Of a stretch of DNA of 64,000 bases, positions 54,686-64,000 are shown piece by piece. Position numbers and translations under genes: made by a program. The stretch comes from Obrimoposthia wandeli. Taxonomy: Eukaryota. Numbering within the stretch: position 1 is the first letter of the stretch; every line of letters starts with the position of its first letter. Under the pieces are notes generated by a model. It made no database searches. It was not told the DNA's origin and saw only the letters and a list, made by a program, of their open reading frames with translations. The stretch is taken from contig CDROCS010001117.1 in assembly GCA_977020255.1 (NCBI GenBank), forward strand, positions 1 through 64,000, read 5' to 3'.

Positions 54686-54720
54686 TGACCTAATGACCTA
54701 ATAACCTAATGACCTAATGA
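54686..54720. repeat. 8-bp tandem repeat at the right edge of the GC-rich block
   Basis: TGACCTAA TGACCTAA TAACCTAA TGACCTAA TGA. Confidence 0.75.
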
Positions 54721-55016
54721 CGCCAATCATCCATCGTTCACGCTTACCTTAAAGGCACTTGTTCAAAATTAAATCCCTCCTGCCCGTCAATTATTCCCTT
54801 TAATTGCTCAGTCGTTCCCAAAGGACTAGTTTAGAAACGTTTGATGCTGCGTTATTTATTTTGATAGTGGCGCAACACGGATAGTAGCTTATTAGAGAAT
54901 GCAGTCGGTAAAGGAAGTACCTTATTAGATAATGCAGGAGCTATTATCCTAAGCATATTCTACTGAGTAAGCATTATTTTCAATAAAGGCCTTGCTTAAA
55001 GACGTCTCTAATTGCA

Positions 55017-55050
55017 GCTGAATCCTGCATTTTGAAGTCACTTGGGTATA
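55017..55050 (-). mobile_element. Isolated end of an ERIC-like element
   Basis: Minus strand TATACCCAAGTGACTTCAAAATGCAGGATTCAGC matches the sequence at 63706. Confidence 0.6.
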
Positions 55051-55487
55051 AACCGGGGTTTCATCAGTGTCTCCAAAAAACAACATAAAGAGAAAGAAAA
55101 CTCGCATACCTTTCCTTTTGTGAATTATAACCTCAAATGAATCATAACTAATTTCAACCATGGGAAGGCCTTAACGGTAATATCCTCTATGCTCAAAGTT
55201 TTTGATGGCATAAATAGCTAGATGCAACGAAAAGTAACTTAAATTTTAATGTAGCAGCTGTGTCCTTAAGGCCAATTTTCTAATGCCCGTATTGTCTGAT
55301 CAGTTGCCGTTAAATAAATAAGGGCTAACGTCAGCTTTCGTATCTAAACAATCTATTCAGAGGTCGTTTTTTCATTCATGAAATATTCAGGTTTTATAAC
55401 TTACTATGCTTTTTCCTAATGATTGTTTTGCATAAAAACCCATAAAAGCGTAATATTTATCTACTTTTATATTATTAATAATTTTTT

Positions 55488-56759
55488 ATGCCTGTTAATT
55501 TACCTGAAATAATTCCTGCTTCACTTACGCCAATTCAAGGCATTCGCCTAGGTTGGGCCGAGTCAAATATTAAAAAACCAAACCGTAAAGATTTACTCGT
55601 TATTGAAATCTGTGATGGTAGTGCAGTATTCTGCTTTTTACTCAAAATCGATTTTGTGCTGCACCGGTTACCTTATGTAAAAAACATTTAGACGCAGTAA
55701 AAAAGATTGATATTACGGGCACTAATGTTTCAGGTATAAAAGCATTAGTAATCAATACAGGTAATGCCAACGCAGGAACAGGCGAGCAAGGCATGTTAGA
55801 TGCACTCACGACCTGTCAAAATTTAGCTGAAATTATGTCAATTCCAGTCGAGTCGATATTACCTTTTTCAACAGGCGTAATTTTAGAACATTTACCTATG
55901 GATAAGCTCTTAACAGGTTTACCACTGGCCGTTGCTAATTTGACCACCGATAATTGGGCTGATGCGGCTTCAGCAATTATGACCACAGACATTGCGCCTA
56001 AAGCTTATGCTACTAATGTAAAAATTGGCGATCATCGCGTAAATATTACCGGTATATCGAAAGGTGCCGGTATGATCCATCCTAATATGGCCACCATGTT
56101 AGGTTATGTGGCAACCGATGCGAATATAACGCAATCGTTGTTAGATAGTATGACCAAAAAAATTGCAGATTTATCATTTAACTGTATTTCTGTTGACGGC
56201 GATACCTCAACCAATGATTCCTTTATTGTTATCGCCACCGGAAAAAGTGACGCTACCGCTATCACAACCCCTAACGATGAAGGTTATCAGGAAGTGTTTA
56301 ATGCCTTGCTTGAAACCTCTCAGTATTTGGCCAGTTTATTGTTCGTGATGGCGAAGGCGCAAACTGCTTATAACAGTAACGGTTAAAGGTGCACAAACAC
56401 TTGATGAAGCAAAAACTATCGGTTTTTCTATCGGTAAAAGTCCATTAGTTAAAACGGCAATGTTTGCTTCTGATCCTAATTTAGGCCGTGTACTTGCTGC
56501 TATTGGTTACGCTTCAAGAGAGTGTGAGTCATTAGCTGATTTAGATACTAACCAATTAGAGCTCTATTTTGGTGGTTTATTAGTGGCTGAAAAAGGCGGC
56601 CGTGCTGCCAGTTATAAGGAAGATGAGGGGCAAGCGATAATGAACGAAGCAGAAATTGATATTACCGTGCAACTTCATCGAGGCAATGAAGAGTCAACTA
56701 TTTGGACCTGTGATTTTAGCTATGATTACGTAAAAATTAATGCAGAATACAGAACCTAA
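55488..56759 (+). pseudogene. argJ: Bifunctional ornithine acetyltransferase ArgJ, frameshifted (possibly assembly error)
   Basis: KDLLVI, NTGNANAGTG, KGAGMIHPNMATMLG, VDGDTSTND, IVRDGEGA (shifted frame) and DFSYDYVKINAEYRT motifs. Single-base losses near 55630, 56335 and 56365. Confidence 0.88.
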
Positions 56760-56932
56760 ATACTGAACCTAAATAGCGTCTCCATATTACTTTCAGATAG
56801 TAAATTCCTAAAAAATAATAACGGTGGGTAAAACCACCTTTATTATTTGAATCTAATATTTAAAATACCAGCGCGACAATTCACTCGTTCCTGTTATGCT
56901 GTCTTAGTCTAAAAACCTAGTTTGGAAAGCTC

Positions 56933-57925
56933 ATGTTTGAGGTATTTACAGATTTAGCCTCGTGGTTAGTTGTTGATATATTCGGTCTATCGAAGACAAC
57001 AAAATTAGGTGATGCCCTCCATTTTTTTATTGAAGATACCACTAAAATATTCTTTTTACTGCTAGTGATGATTTACGCTATTGCCTTGTTAAGAGCGTCA
57101 ATGAATGTAGAGCGTGTTCGTGATTATTTAGCAGGTAAGCATAAAGGTATCGGTTATTTATTAGGCTCTAGTTTTGGCGCAATAACACCGTTTTGCTCTT
57201 GTTCAAGTATTCCAGTATTTTTGGGTTTCACATCCGCAGGGATTCCTGTGGGTATCACTATGTCATTTCTCATTACATCACCACTGATAAATGAAGTCGC
57301 TGTATTATTATTACTCAGTTTATTGGGATGGAAGTTTACCCTGCTTTACGTTGTGGTTGGAATGACAGTGGGAATATTAGGTGGTGTTTTTCTTGATGCC
57401 ATCAAAGCTGAACGTTGGCTGCAATCTTTTGCCGCAAAAGCTTTAGAACGAGGTCAAAACGCCCCCTATAAAGTGACCGCCAAAAACTCCGACGTTTTAT
57501 CCTTAAAAGAAAGACATACTTTTGCAAAAGAAGAGATGTTGGAAATATTTGGTCGAGTTTGGAAATGGGTCATCATTGGTGTTGGATTAGGATCCGCTTT
57601 ACATGGCTTTGTTCCTGATGGTTGGATTGAAGAACATTTAGGAAATGGTCAATGGTGGTCGGTTCCTTCAGCCGTATTACTTGGAATACCTTTATATTCT
57701 AATGCCACAGGTGTTATTCCTGTGATGGAAAGCTTAATTAAACAAGGGCTTCCTATCGGCACGACACTCGCCTTTTGCATGAGTACCGTTGCTGCAAGTT
57801 TCCCAGAGTTTATTTTATTAAAGCAAGTGATGCAGTGGCAATTATTGGCTGTGCTTTTCGTACTACTACTAGTCGCATTTACATTAATTGGTTGGATTTT
57901 TAATTTTCTAACCCCGTTTATTTAA
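56933..57925 (+). CDS. UPF0718/ArsP-like permease
   Basis: GAITPFCSCSSIP, FLITSPLINE and GIPLYSNA motifs. Confidence 0.88.
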   Translation: MFEVFTDLASWLVVDIFGLSKTTKLGDALHFFIEDTTKIFFLLLVMIYAIALLRASMNVERVRDYLAGKHKGIGYLLGSSFGAITPFCSCSSIPVFLGFTSAGIPVGITMSFLITSPLINEVAVLLLLSLLGWKFTLLYVVVGMTVGILGGVFLDAIKAERWLQSFAAKALERGQNAPYKVTAKNSDVLSLKERHTFAKEEMLEIFGRVWKWVIIGVGLGSALHGFVPDGWIEEHLGNGQWWSVPSAVLLGIPLYSNATGVIPVMESLIKQGLPIGTTLAFCMSTVAASFPEFILLKQVMQWQLLAVLFVLLLVAFTLIGWIFNFLTPFI

Positions 57926-57946
57926 GGTCTGAATTAAAGAGGAAAT

Positions 57947-58186
57947 ATGATGAAAGAAATCAAAGTATTAGGTACAGGCTGTGCTAAATGTACAAAAACA
58001 GTCGAGATTATTTCAGCAATAGCTAATGAGCTAAATATTGATATCGACATAAAAAAAGAGACTGATCCAGAAGTGATTATGGCTTATGGCGTAATGAGTA
58101 CGCCTGCAGTAATTATTAATGAAGTAAATGTACACAGTGGCTCTATTCCTCATAGAGAGGCTATTGAGTCATGGTTGAGAGACTAG
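57947..58186 (+). CDS. Small thioredoxin-like redox protein (MTH895-like)
   Basis: IKVLGTGCAKC and YGVMSTPAVII motifs. Confidence 0.88.
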   Translation: MMKEIKVLGTGCAKCTKTVEIISAIANELNIDIDIKKETDPEVIMAYGVMSTPAVIINEVNVHSGSIPHREAIESWLRD

Positions 58187-58302
58187 ACTACGACTAGTTT
58201 TTTAAATTGCTCATTTAAGCAACGATACTGTTTTGTTTAAAATAATTTCAGTAACGTCTGCTTTGTGATCTAATACCAGATGAAATATACTAACTTATCT
58301 CA

Positions 58303-59031
58303 GTGTTTCCTAATTATGAAGTTATCGTGTCTATTCAAACAAAAGCTAAACGCCCTAATAATACCCTGTTAGAAATAATTTTTAATATTGCTGTTCCGTC
58401 GATTATTTTAATGAAATTATCGGGGGATGAATATTTAGGCTCTATGTACGCCTTGGTTTTAGCATTGTTATTTCCTATTGGTTATGGCTTGTATGACTTC
58501 ATTAAAAACAAGTCGATGAACTTTATTTCATTACTTGGTTTTTTAAGCACCTTCTTAACCGGTGGTATTGGTTTATTTGAGTTAGATGTGGAATGGTTGG
58601 CTATTAAAGAAGCGGCAATTCCCTCAGCCATAGGCTTAGTAGTGCTAATATCTGGCTTTTGGGGCAAACCACTCATTGCCAAAATTTTATTAAATCCTAT
58701 GTTGTTTAATTTAGATTTAATCTATGAGTCGCTATCAAATAAAAATAAAACCGATGAATTTAAAGCTAAAATTCAGTGGGCAAATCACCTGTTAGCAGCA
58801 ACATTTGTTTTTTCTGCGACGATGAATTACCTTTTAGCTAAATGGATTGTAGTTAGCCCTGCTGGTACAACACAGTTTAATGAGCAACTTGGTGAAATGA
58901 CCATTTTAAGTTATCCCGTTATTGCCATACCTTCAACGATAATGTTAATGGCGATCATGTATTATGTGGTAAAAAGTGTGATGAAATTAACGGATTTAAA
59001 GTTGGAACAAATTTTAAACGCTGACAAATAA
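58303..59031 (+). CDS. VC0807-family membrane protein
   Basis: NIAVPSIILMK...WLAIKEAAIP...FNEQLG motif pattern, multiple TM helices. Confidence 0.75.
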   Translation: MFPNYEVIVSIQTKAKRPNNTLLEIIFNIAVPSIILMKLSGDEYLGSMYALVLALLFPIGYGLYDFIKNKSMNFISLLGFLSTFLTGGIGLFELDVEWLAIKEAAIPSAIGLVVLISGFWGKPLIAKILLNPMLFNLDLIYESLSNKNKTDEFKAKIQWANHLLAATFVFSATMNYLLAKWIVVSPAGTTQFNEQLGEMTILSYPVIAIPSTIMLMAIMYYVVKSVMKLTDLKLEQILNADK

Positions 59032-59232
59032 CAATAGAAATACACTTAACCGCTTCATTATTGTGGCGGTTAATACGAATAAAAAAATCAAACCGTCACT
59101 GCCCTTCCTCGCCAGTTTTTAATACTCATTATTACCCGCTTATCTTAATCACTTTTAAACTTCATTAAACTTCATCAACAGAGCACCGCTGTTCTATTAT
59201 TACTGGTTTTAATTTGATAACTTTACTTAACG

Positions 59233-60441
59233 ATGAGGTACAATTATCTCTCATCACTTAGAAGAGTTAACATCATCATCCATAGCGATAACAAAGACCA
59301 AAATCAGCAATCACCTTCCGTATCAGTATCTGTGGCAAATACGCAACTTAAAATTGCTACTTTCAACTTGTTTAATTACCTTGAGCCGCCAAATGCTTTT
59401 TATGAGTTTGAGCGTATTTATAGTGCTGAACAGTGGGCAAAAAAACAGAAATGGGTTGCTGAGTATTTACGTGAATTTCAGCCTGACATTATTGGTTTTC
59501 AAGAAGTTTTTAGTGCCGATTCATTAAAAGCGTTAGTTGCCGAGCAGGGTTATAGCTATTTTGAAGTGGTTGATCAACCGGATGTCATTGATGACTTTAT
59601 TTATCGAAGTCCTGTGGTAGCCATTGCCTCTCGTTATCCTATTGCTGAGGCGACTGCGGTAGAACCAAACACTGAACTTGCGCAAACATTAGGGTTAACC
59701 AAAGATTTTTCTTTTAGCCGTAAAGTCATAAGAGCGACGGTTGACCTACCTCATATGGGCAATTGTGATTGTTATGTTGTGCACTTTAAATCTAAGCGTT
59801 CGATGATTGAAATCGATGAGAAAAAGAACCATTGGTCGCCAGAAAAAACGATTATTGAAAGCCTAAAAGCTAACGTCGCTGGTGGTTGGGGTTCAACCAT
59901 ACAACGTGGCAGTGAAGCGACATTATTAATGATTGATATGATTGAACGACGCGAGGCTACAGGCAACCCTATGGTATTAATGGGTGATTTTAATAATACC
60001 TTAGCGGATGGTGTGTTGAGTCATTTACTAACAAACACTTTACGTTTTGTATCGCATATTGACCGTGATGCTTATCTTGCTAAGTATTGTTTAAATGATG
60101 CTTGGGATTTATTTCAAACAGCAGTTACTAATGAGAAAAATGAAGCGAATAAAGCTGATGATGTGAATGAAATAGATAGTGAAGATGCAACTGATATATC
60201 TGATATAAGTAAACGAGAAGAAAAAGTGGTGCGTACCCCAACCCATTATTTTGGTGCTGGTAGCTCGGTACTCGATTACATTTTATTATCTTGTGAATTT
60301 GATGCCAGTTACCACGACAGTCTTTATCAAGTCAGCGCGTACGATACTTACGATCGACACTTAATTAACCCTATTTTCGAGCGTGACGGTGAAAGTACAG
60401 ATCATGGCATTGCGTTGGTGACATTAACGTTAAGATCTTAA
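59233..60441 (+). CDS. Endonuclease/exonuclease/phosphatase-family protein
   Basis: ATFNLFN, GFQEV, VVHFKS, MGDFN, LDYIL and STDH motifs. Start position uncertain. Confidence 0.88.
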   Translation: MRYNYLSSLRRVNIIIHSDNKDQNQQSPSVSVSVANTQLKIATFNLFNYLEPPNAFYEFERIYSAEQWAKKQKWVAEYLREFQPDIIGFQEVFSADSLKALVAEQGYSYFEVVDQPDVIDDFIYRSPVVAIASRYPIAEATAVEPNTELAQTLGLTKDFSFSRKVIRATVDLPHMGNCDCYVVHFKSKRSMIEIDEKKNHWSPEKTIIESLKANVAGGWGSTIQRGSEATLLMIDMIERREATGNPMVLMGDFNNTLADGVLSHLLTNTLRFVSHIDRDAYLAKYCLNDAWDLFQTAVTNEKNEANKADDVNEIDSEDATDISDISKREEKVVRTPTHYFGAGSSVLDYILLSCEFDASYHDSLYQVSAYDTYDRHLINPIFERDGESTDHGIALVTLTLRS

Positions 60442-60443
60442 GA

Positions 60444-61595
60444 TTACTCTTCAGCTATTAACCTATAAATGCCCTCTCCATCAACCGCAACATAAACATA
60501 ACCATCTGGCCCCTGTTTAATGTTGCGCACTCTAGTCAGTTCATCTTTAATAACGTCAGCCTTAACAACCTTATTCCCCTCTAAAGTTAACATAACGATC
60601 TGACCAAACTTTAATGAGCCAACAAGTATATTTCCTTGCCAATAAGGGTATTTTTCACTGGTTACAAAGACCATACCTGAAGGTGCTATAGAAGGATCCC
60701 AATACCATAACGGTTGCTCCATTCCTTTCTTTTTGGTTAAGTCGGTAATCTCAGTACCTGAGTAGTTAATGCCATAACTAATTGTTGGCCAACCGTAGTT
60801 ATTACCTTTGCCAATAAGGTTGACTTCATCACCACCACGCGGGCCATGTTCATGGCTCCAGATATCGCCAGTTATAGGGTGTTTAACCATACCTTGTGGA
60901 TTACGATGTCCATACGAATAGATGGCTTTTTTAGCTTTATCATCGTTAACAAAAGGATTGTCATCAGGTATACGGCCATCATCATGTAATCGATAAACCT
61001 TACCTGCGTCGCGAGTAATATCTTGTGGGTTAACATCTCTTTGGCCTCTATCACCAATAGAGAAATACAAATACCCTTGGTTATCAAAAGCTAATCGACT
61101 ACCAAAATGAACACCTTTTCGACCATAAGCTTGAGCGACATAAATATCTTCTTGTTCGGTTAGCATCATGCCATTGAGCTTAGCGCGCATGATGGCCGTA
61201 CTTTTATTACCTTTGTCGTCTGCCTTGACGTAAGAAAAATATATCCAACCATTACTGGCATAGTCCGGATGCATAGCGATATCAAGTAACCCTCCTTGAC
61301 CGCCAACGACTACCTCTGGCACGCCAGAAATGGTTTCTGCGACAGATTTACCTTTCTTTAACCTTTTTAATTCGCCATCACGCAGGGTAATTAACAAGTC
61401 ACCATTAGGTAACCACGCCATTCCCCAAGGTATACCGGCATCAGCAAGATGCAATTGAGCAGTGATATTTTCATTAAATTGACTAAGGCTGGCCGGCAAA
61501 GTTTCATCGCTATTTGCAAAAAAAGGCACAAGTGTACAACAGGCTATTATGGATAAAGTTTTTCGGGCTAACTTTAAATTACGTAACAATGGCAT
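60444..61595 (-). CDS. PQQ-dependent sugar dehydrogenase (GSDH/YliI family)
   Basis: GQGGLLDI, HFGSRL, YSYGHRNPQG, EHGPRGGDEVN and NYGWP motifs. Confidence 0.92.
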   Translation of the reverse strand: MPLLRNLKLARKTLSIIACCTLVPFFANSDETLPASLSQFNENITAQLHLADAGIPWGMAWLPNGDLLITLRDGELKRLKKGKSVAETISGVPEVVVGGQGGLLDIAMHPDYASNGWIYFSYVKADDKGNKSTAIMRAKLNGMMLTEQEDIYVAQAYGRKGVHFGSRLAFDNQGYLYFSIGDRGQRDVNPQDITRDAGKVYRLHDDGRIPDDNPFVNDDKAKKAIYSYGHRNPQGMVKHPITGDIWSHEHGPRGGDEVNLIGKGNNYGWPTISYGINYSGTEITDLTKKKGMEQPLWYWDPSIAPSGMVFVTSEKYPYWQGNILVGSLKFGQIVMLTLEGNKVVKADVIKDELTRVRNIKQGPDGYVYVAVDGEGIYRLIAEE

Positions 61596-61786
61596 GGCGG
61601 CTAATCATTATGAGTCGATATTTCATCATAATCAATTTAGCAGTAATTTAAAGCGAAATTTGTTACAAGTAATGTCAACGGATTAACTTCTGCTTTTTCT
61701 GCGGACGAGTTTTTGTTGAATTACTAGTGTGATGGATCTTTAACTAACTTTTACTCTGGCTCACCTAGTGTCGAAGCGCAAGCCTG

Positions 61787-61831
61787 CACAAAAAAGGCAT
61801 TATACCCATAGGATTAAATGCCTTTTGTGTG
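61787..61831. terminator. Bidirectional terminator-like hairpin
   Basis: CACAAAAAAGGCATT...AATGCCTTTTGTGTG. Confidence 0.6.
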
Positions 61832-61873
61832 AATCAACTTATGAGTAGCCTTTATTTTATTCAGCTATATATT

Positions 61874-63424
61874 TTAAGACTTGGTTACTACTTCTTTAAC
61901 CGCGATATCTTGCATAGCAATGGTGGTTATCAAGTTGCTAACTCTAAGCGGTAAACCTCTAATAGATTGGTTTTGAGCATGTAACCCTTCAACTAATGCA
62001 GTACAGCTATCAACTAATGCATCACTATAGGCGAACCCTATCAGGGCAACTAACTTAACCATAGCGACTTCATCAAGCATCTTACTATTTTCGTCTTGCT
62101 GCTCATAAACGATATTAACCAATTCGATAGTACTGACCAGTTTTTCCATTCGAGGATTTAACCGGAGTAACGCAGCTGCTCTATTACTTGCTGCTCTATC
62201 AACGAGTTCCTTGCTAGCAACTAACCCGTCTCGAGGTTTTCTGCGAATAACAGGTGCTCTTTTCTTAACAACTTTACGCTCGATTGACTCATTATAGGTG
62301 AACTCGCCATCAACAAACTGACCTATGTTAGTTACGCTCAATCGTTCAGCCATTATCGCTGCAGATTTCGAGGTTTTTCGCGTAAAGTCTCTACAATCCT
62401 CAGCAAAACCATGAGTAGAAATACATTGCGCTAAATCTAGTATTAACGCACTAGTCTTGCCCTTTGACGCTCGTAAACAACGGCCGATAATCTGCAAATA
62501 CAATCTTAATATCTTGGTCGGTCGTGCTAAAACAACGCAATCAGTCGTGGGATCATCAAAGCCAATAGTTAGCATCGACATATTGATAATTAGCCTAACG
62601 TCGTTTGACTTATATCTTCGAATGCTTTCATCATTTTCATCAGAGGAACGCTGAGAGTGAACACGCTCATGCTCAACACCCAATAAATCAAAAGCCTCAG
62701 ACAGTGATTCTACGTGATTGATAGAGTTAGCAAAAAGCATAACTTTACGACCATGAGATAGTGCGTCATCAACAGTTTGTTGTGCCACTAAAGAACAATG
62801 TTCCAGTAATATATTATCTAAACCAGAGACACTAAAGTCACCTCGATACATTTTGACTGCGCTATAATCTATCTCTTGAGATAGGCTAGGCACTTTGTAA
62901 ACAGGCTTAGCTAATTCACCCGCGTCAATTAGCATTTTAGTGGTCGTTTCTTCAATCAATTGCATCGACTTATCAATATAAACGCCTAATCTATCAATGG
63001 GCGTGGCAGTGAGGCCTATAATCAAGTCAGGAGATAGCTCTTCACGCATAGCGATATAAACGCCGCCCATGCACCCTACATGATATTCATCACGTAAAAG
63101 CACATCGCACTGTATGTTTAGGTGTTTTCTTCTGCCAAATGACTGCTCCATTACCAAAGTAACATCGCCGCCAGCTATATACTTATAGCCTGATTTAACG
63201 ACACTAACAGACAAGCCATTAATGGTTAGGGTGTGCAATAATTGAGGAACCAATGCCGCATTACGTAAACTAATGACGACTTTCTTGTCCGGCATTGCTT
63301 GGCACAATTTAAGTATACAGATACTCTTACCGCCCCCCGTAGGTAATGCAATAATGGAGTTAGCTCCAGCGTCAATAGCCTTACGGACGCTGTTAATCTG
63401 ATAATCTTTTTCTAATACCTTCAT
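61874..63424 (-). CDS. SF2 DExH helicase, phage-type (RadD/YejH-related)
   Basis: LPTGGGKS, RDEYH, GLTATP and LTIGFDDP...LARPTKILRLYLQIIGRCLR motifs; C-terminal region unrecognised. Confidence 0.88.
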   Translation of the reverse strand: MKVLEKDYQINSVRKAIDAGANSIIALPTGGGKSICILKLCQAMPDKKVVISLRNAALVPQLLHTLTINGLSVSVVKSGYKYIAGGDVTLVMEQSFGRRKHLNIQCDVLLRDEYHVGCMGGVYIAMREELSPDLIIGLTATPIDRLGVYIDKSMQLIEETTTKMLIDAGELAKPVYKVPSLSQEIDYSAVKMYRGDFSVSGLDNILLEHCSLVAQQTVDDALSHGRKVMLFANSINHVESLSEAFDLLGVEHERVHSQRSSDENDESIRRYKSNDVRLIINMSMLTIGFDDPTTDCVVLARPTKILRLYLQIIGRCLRASKGKTSALILDLAQCISTHGFAEDCRDFTRKTSKSAAIMAERLSVTNIGQFVDGEFTYNESIERKVVKKRAPVIRRKPRDGLVASKELVDRAASNRAAALLRLNPRMEKLVSTIELVNIVYEQQDENSKMLDEVAMVKLVALIGFAYSDALVDSCTALVEGLHAQNQSIRGLPLRVSNLITTIAMQDIAVKEVVTKS

Positions 63425-63430
63425 GCCATA

Positions 63431-63496
63431 CTACTCGGGCTTATTTCTAATGTTTGTCTGGTAAAATCCAGTAAGTGCTACGTCTACATTATTCAT
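63431..63496 (-). other. 21-codon ORF with strong SD, in frame with the helicase and ending in TAG
   Basis: AAGGGGAGCGTT-ATG; MNNVDVALTGFYQTNIRNKPE*YG-MKVLEK. Confidence 0.5.
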
Positions 63497-63705
63497 AACG
63501 CTCCCCTTATTCAATGAGATTCATACCTGATTTAACAGAAGTCTTTTCAAGAGGGGGCATCATTATATACCTAAACTACTGCAAGATGCAGAATTGAGCG
63601 TGACTAAAAAAGTATTTAACTGCAGATCAAGATCAAGATCATAGATAGTTGACTGCTGTAGTTGAGTTTTTTACTTATATTCACCCCAAAAAAGGAACGT
63701 TATTA

Positions 63706-63780
63706 TATATCCAAGTCAGCTCAAAATGCAGGATTGAGCAAGAATTAGAAAGGTTTAGCCAACAATATGTGAGTTAAGGT
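63706..63780 (+). mobile_element. Left part of an ERIC-like element, interrupted by a second MITE
   Basis: TATATCCAAGTCAGCTCAAAATGCAGGATTGAGC, similar to the 55050-55017 end. Confidence 0.55.
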
Positions 63781-64000
63781 TAGGGTCTGTTGATCTTTCG
63801 AGATTGTTTTTGCAGCGGTTTGTTGGGTATTTATACAAGGCAGAGCCTTTGTCATGTGGTTGTTCCACATAAAAAGGCGATAACGCCGTAAAAATGACCA
63901 ACAAACGCTGTCCGAAGGATTCGGCTAAAAGCGTCTTACTCATTGTTGAGTAGTATTTGCTTAGAGTGACTAGGCTACACACTACTCGCCGCGATTAAAA
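63781..64000 (+). mobile_element. MITE with TAGGGTCTGTTGATCTTTCG end (continues past the window)
   Basis: Same terminal sequence as 16817-16870; several internal hairpins. Confidence 0.78.

Larger units (their letters stand above)
48400..54720. mobile_element. Probable horizontally acquired block (boundaries approximate)
   Basis: Visibly GC-richer with G/C-ending codons (CTG, GCC, ACC) relative to the flanks; judged by eye, not computed. No integrase or transposase seen. Confidence 0.5.

Noticed and set aside
54754-54768. GGCACTTGTTCAAAA resembling an IS6-family terminal repeat
   Set aside because: Imperfect match, with no partner repeat and no transposase.
54686-54937. Short repeats considered as a CRISPR array
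   Set aside because: Units are 8 bp in tandem or a single 17-bp pair; there is no repeat-spacer periodicity and no cas gene.
54949-55161. 70-aa minus-strand ORF
   Set aside because: It runs through an ERIC-like repeat end and has no protein features.
55365-55445. ARG boxes upstream of argJ
   Set aside because: Only weak resemblance in a very AT-rich stretch.
55620-56370. Programmed frameshifting in argJ or the RND gene
   Set aside because: Multiple irregular breaks with no slippery heptamer or stimulatory structure; neither family is known to recode.
61680-61831. Possible sRNA ending at the 61787-61831 terminator
   Set aside because: No match to sRNA families I know and no clear promoter; the hairpin is adequately explained as the helicase terminator.
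63755-63982. 75-aa minus-strand ORF
   Set aside because: It lies almost entirely inside a MITE, a typical spurious repeat ORF.

Overview
AT-rich gammaproteobacterial chromosome segment. Gene content and repeat families suggest Colwellia or a close Alteromonadales relative (inference). In order: add adenosine/adenine deaminase behind a purine (adenine-type) riboswitch; TetR with an RND efflux pair whose permease is broken; monomeric isocitrate dehydrogenase; an EAL/HDOD protein; a secreted small ORF ending in a RAPP motif ahead of HPF-like and CBS genes; an amidohydrolase; an OxyR / exported KatG / di-heme peroxidase module; an atcJABC-like cold-adaptation J-domain operon; a HemL-like aminotransferase; a betIBA-BCCT-TorF-MarR osmolyte cluster; assorted accessory genes; an orphan dnaK; a GC-richer block encoding an SLC5-STAC histidine kinase, a lone REC protein and a membrane-bound pseudo-kinase/DEDDh exonuclease fusion; frameshifted argJ; an ArsP-like permease with a thioredoxin-like partner; and an orphan phage-type SF2 helicase. 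Several ERIC-like/MITE elements are present. I found no rRNA, tRNA, CRISPR array, integrase or transposase. The best candidates for undescribed biology are the SLC5-kinase/REC/pseudo-kinase-exonuclease module (49153-54652) and the RAPP leader-HPF-CBS operon (12134-13438). All calls come from motif reading only; no database searches were run.
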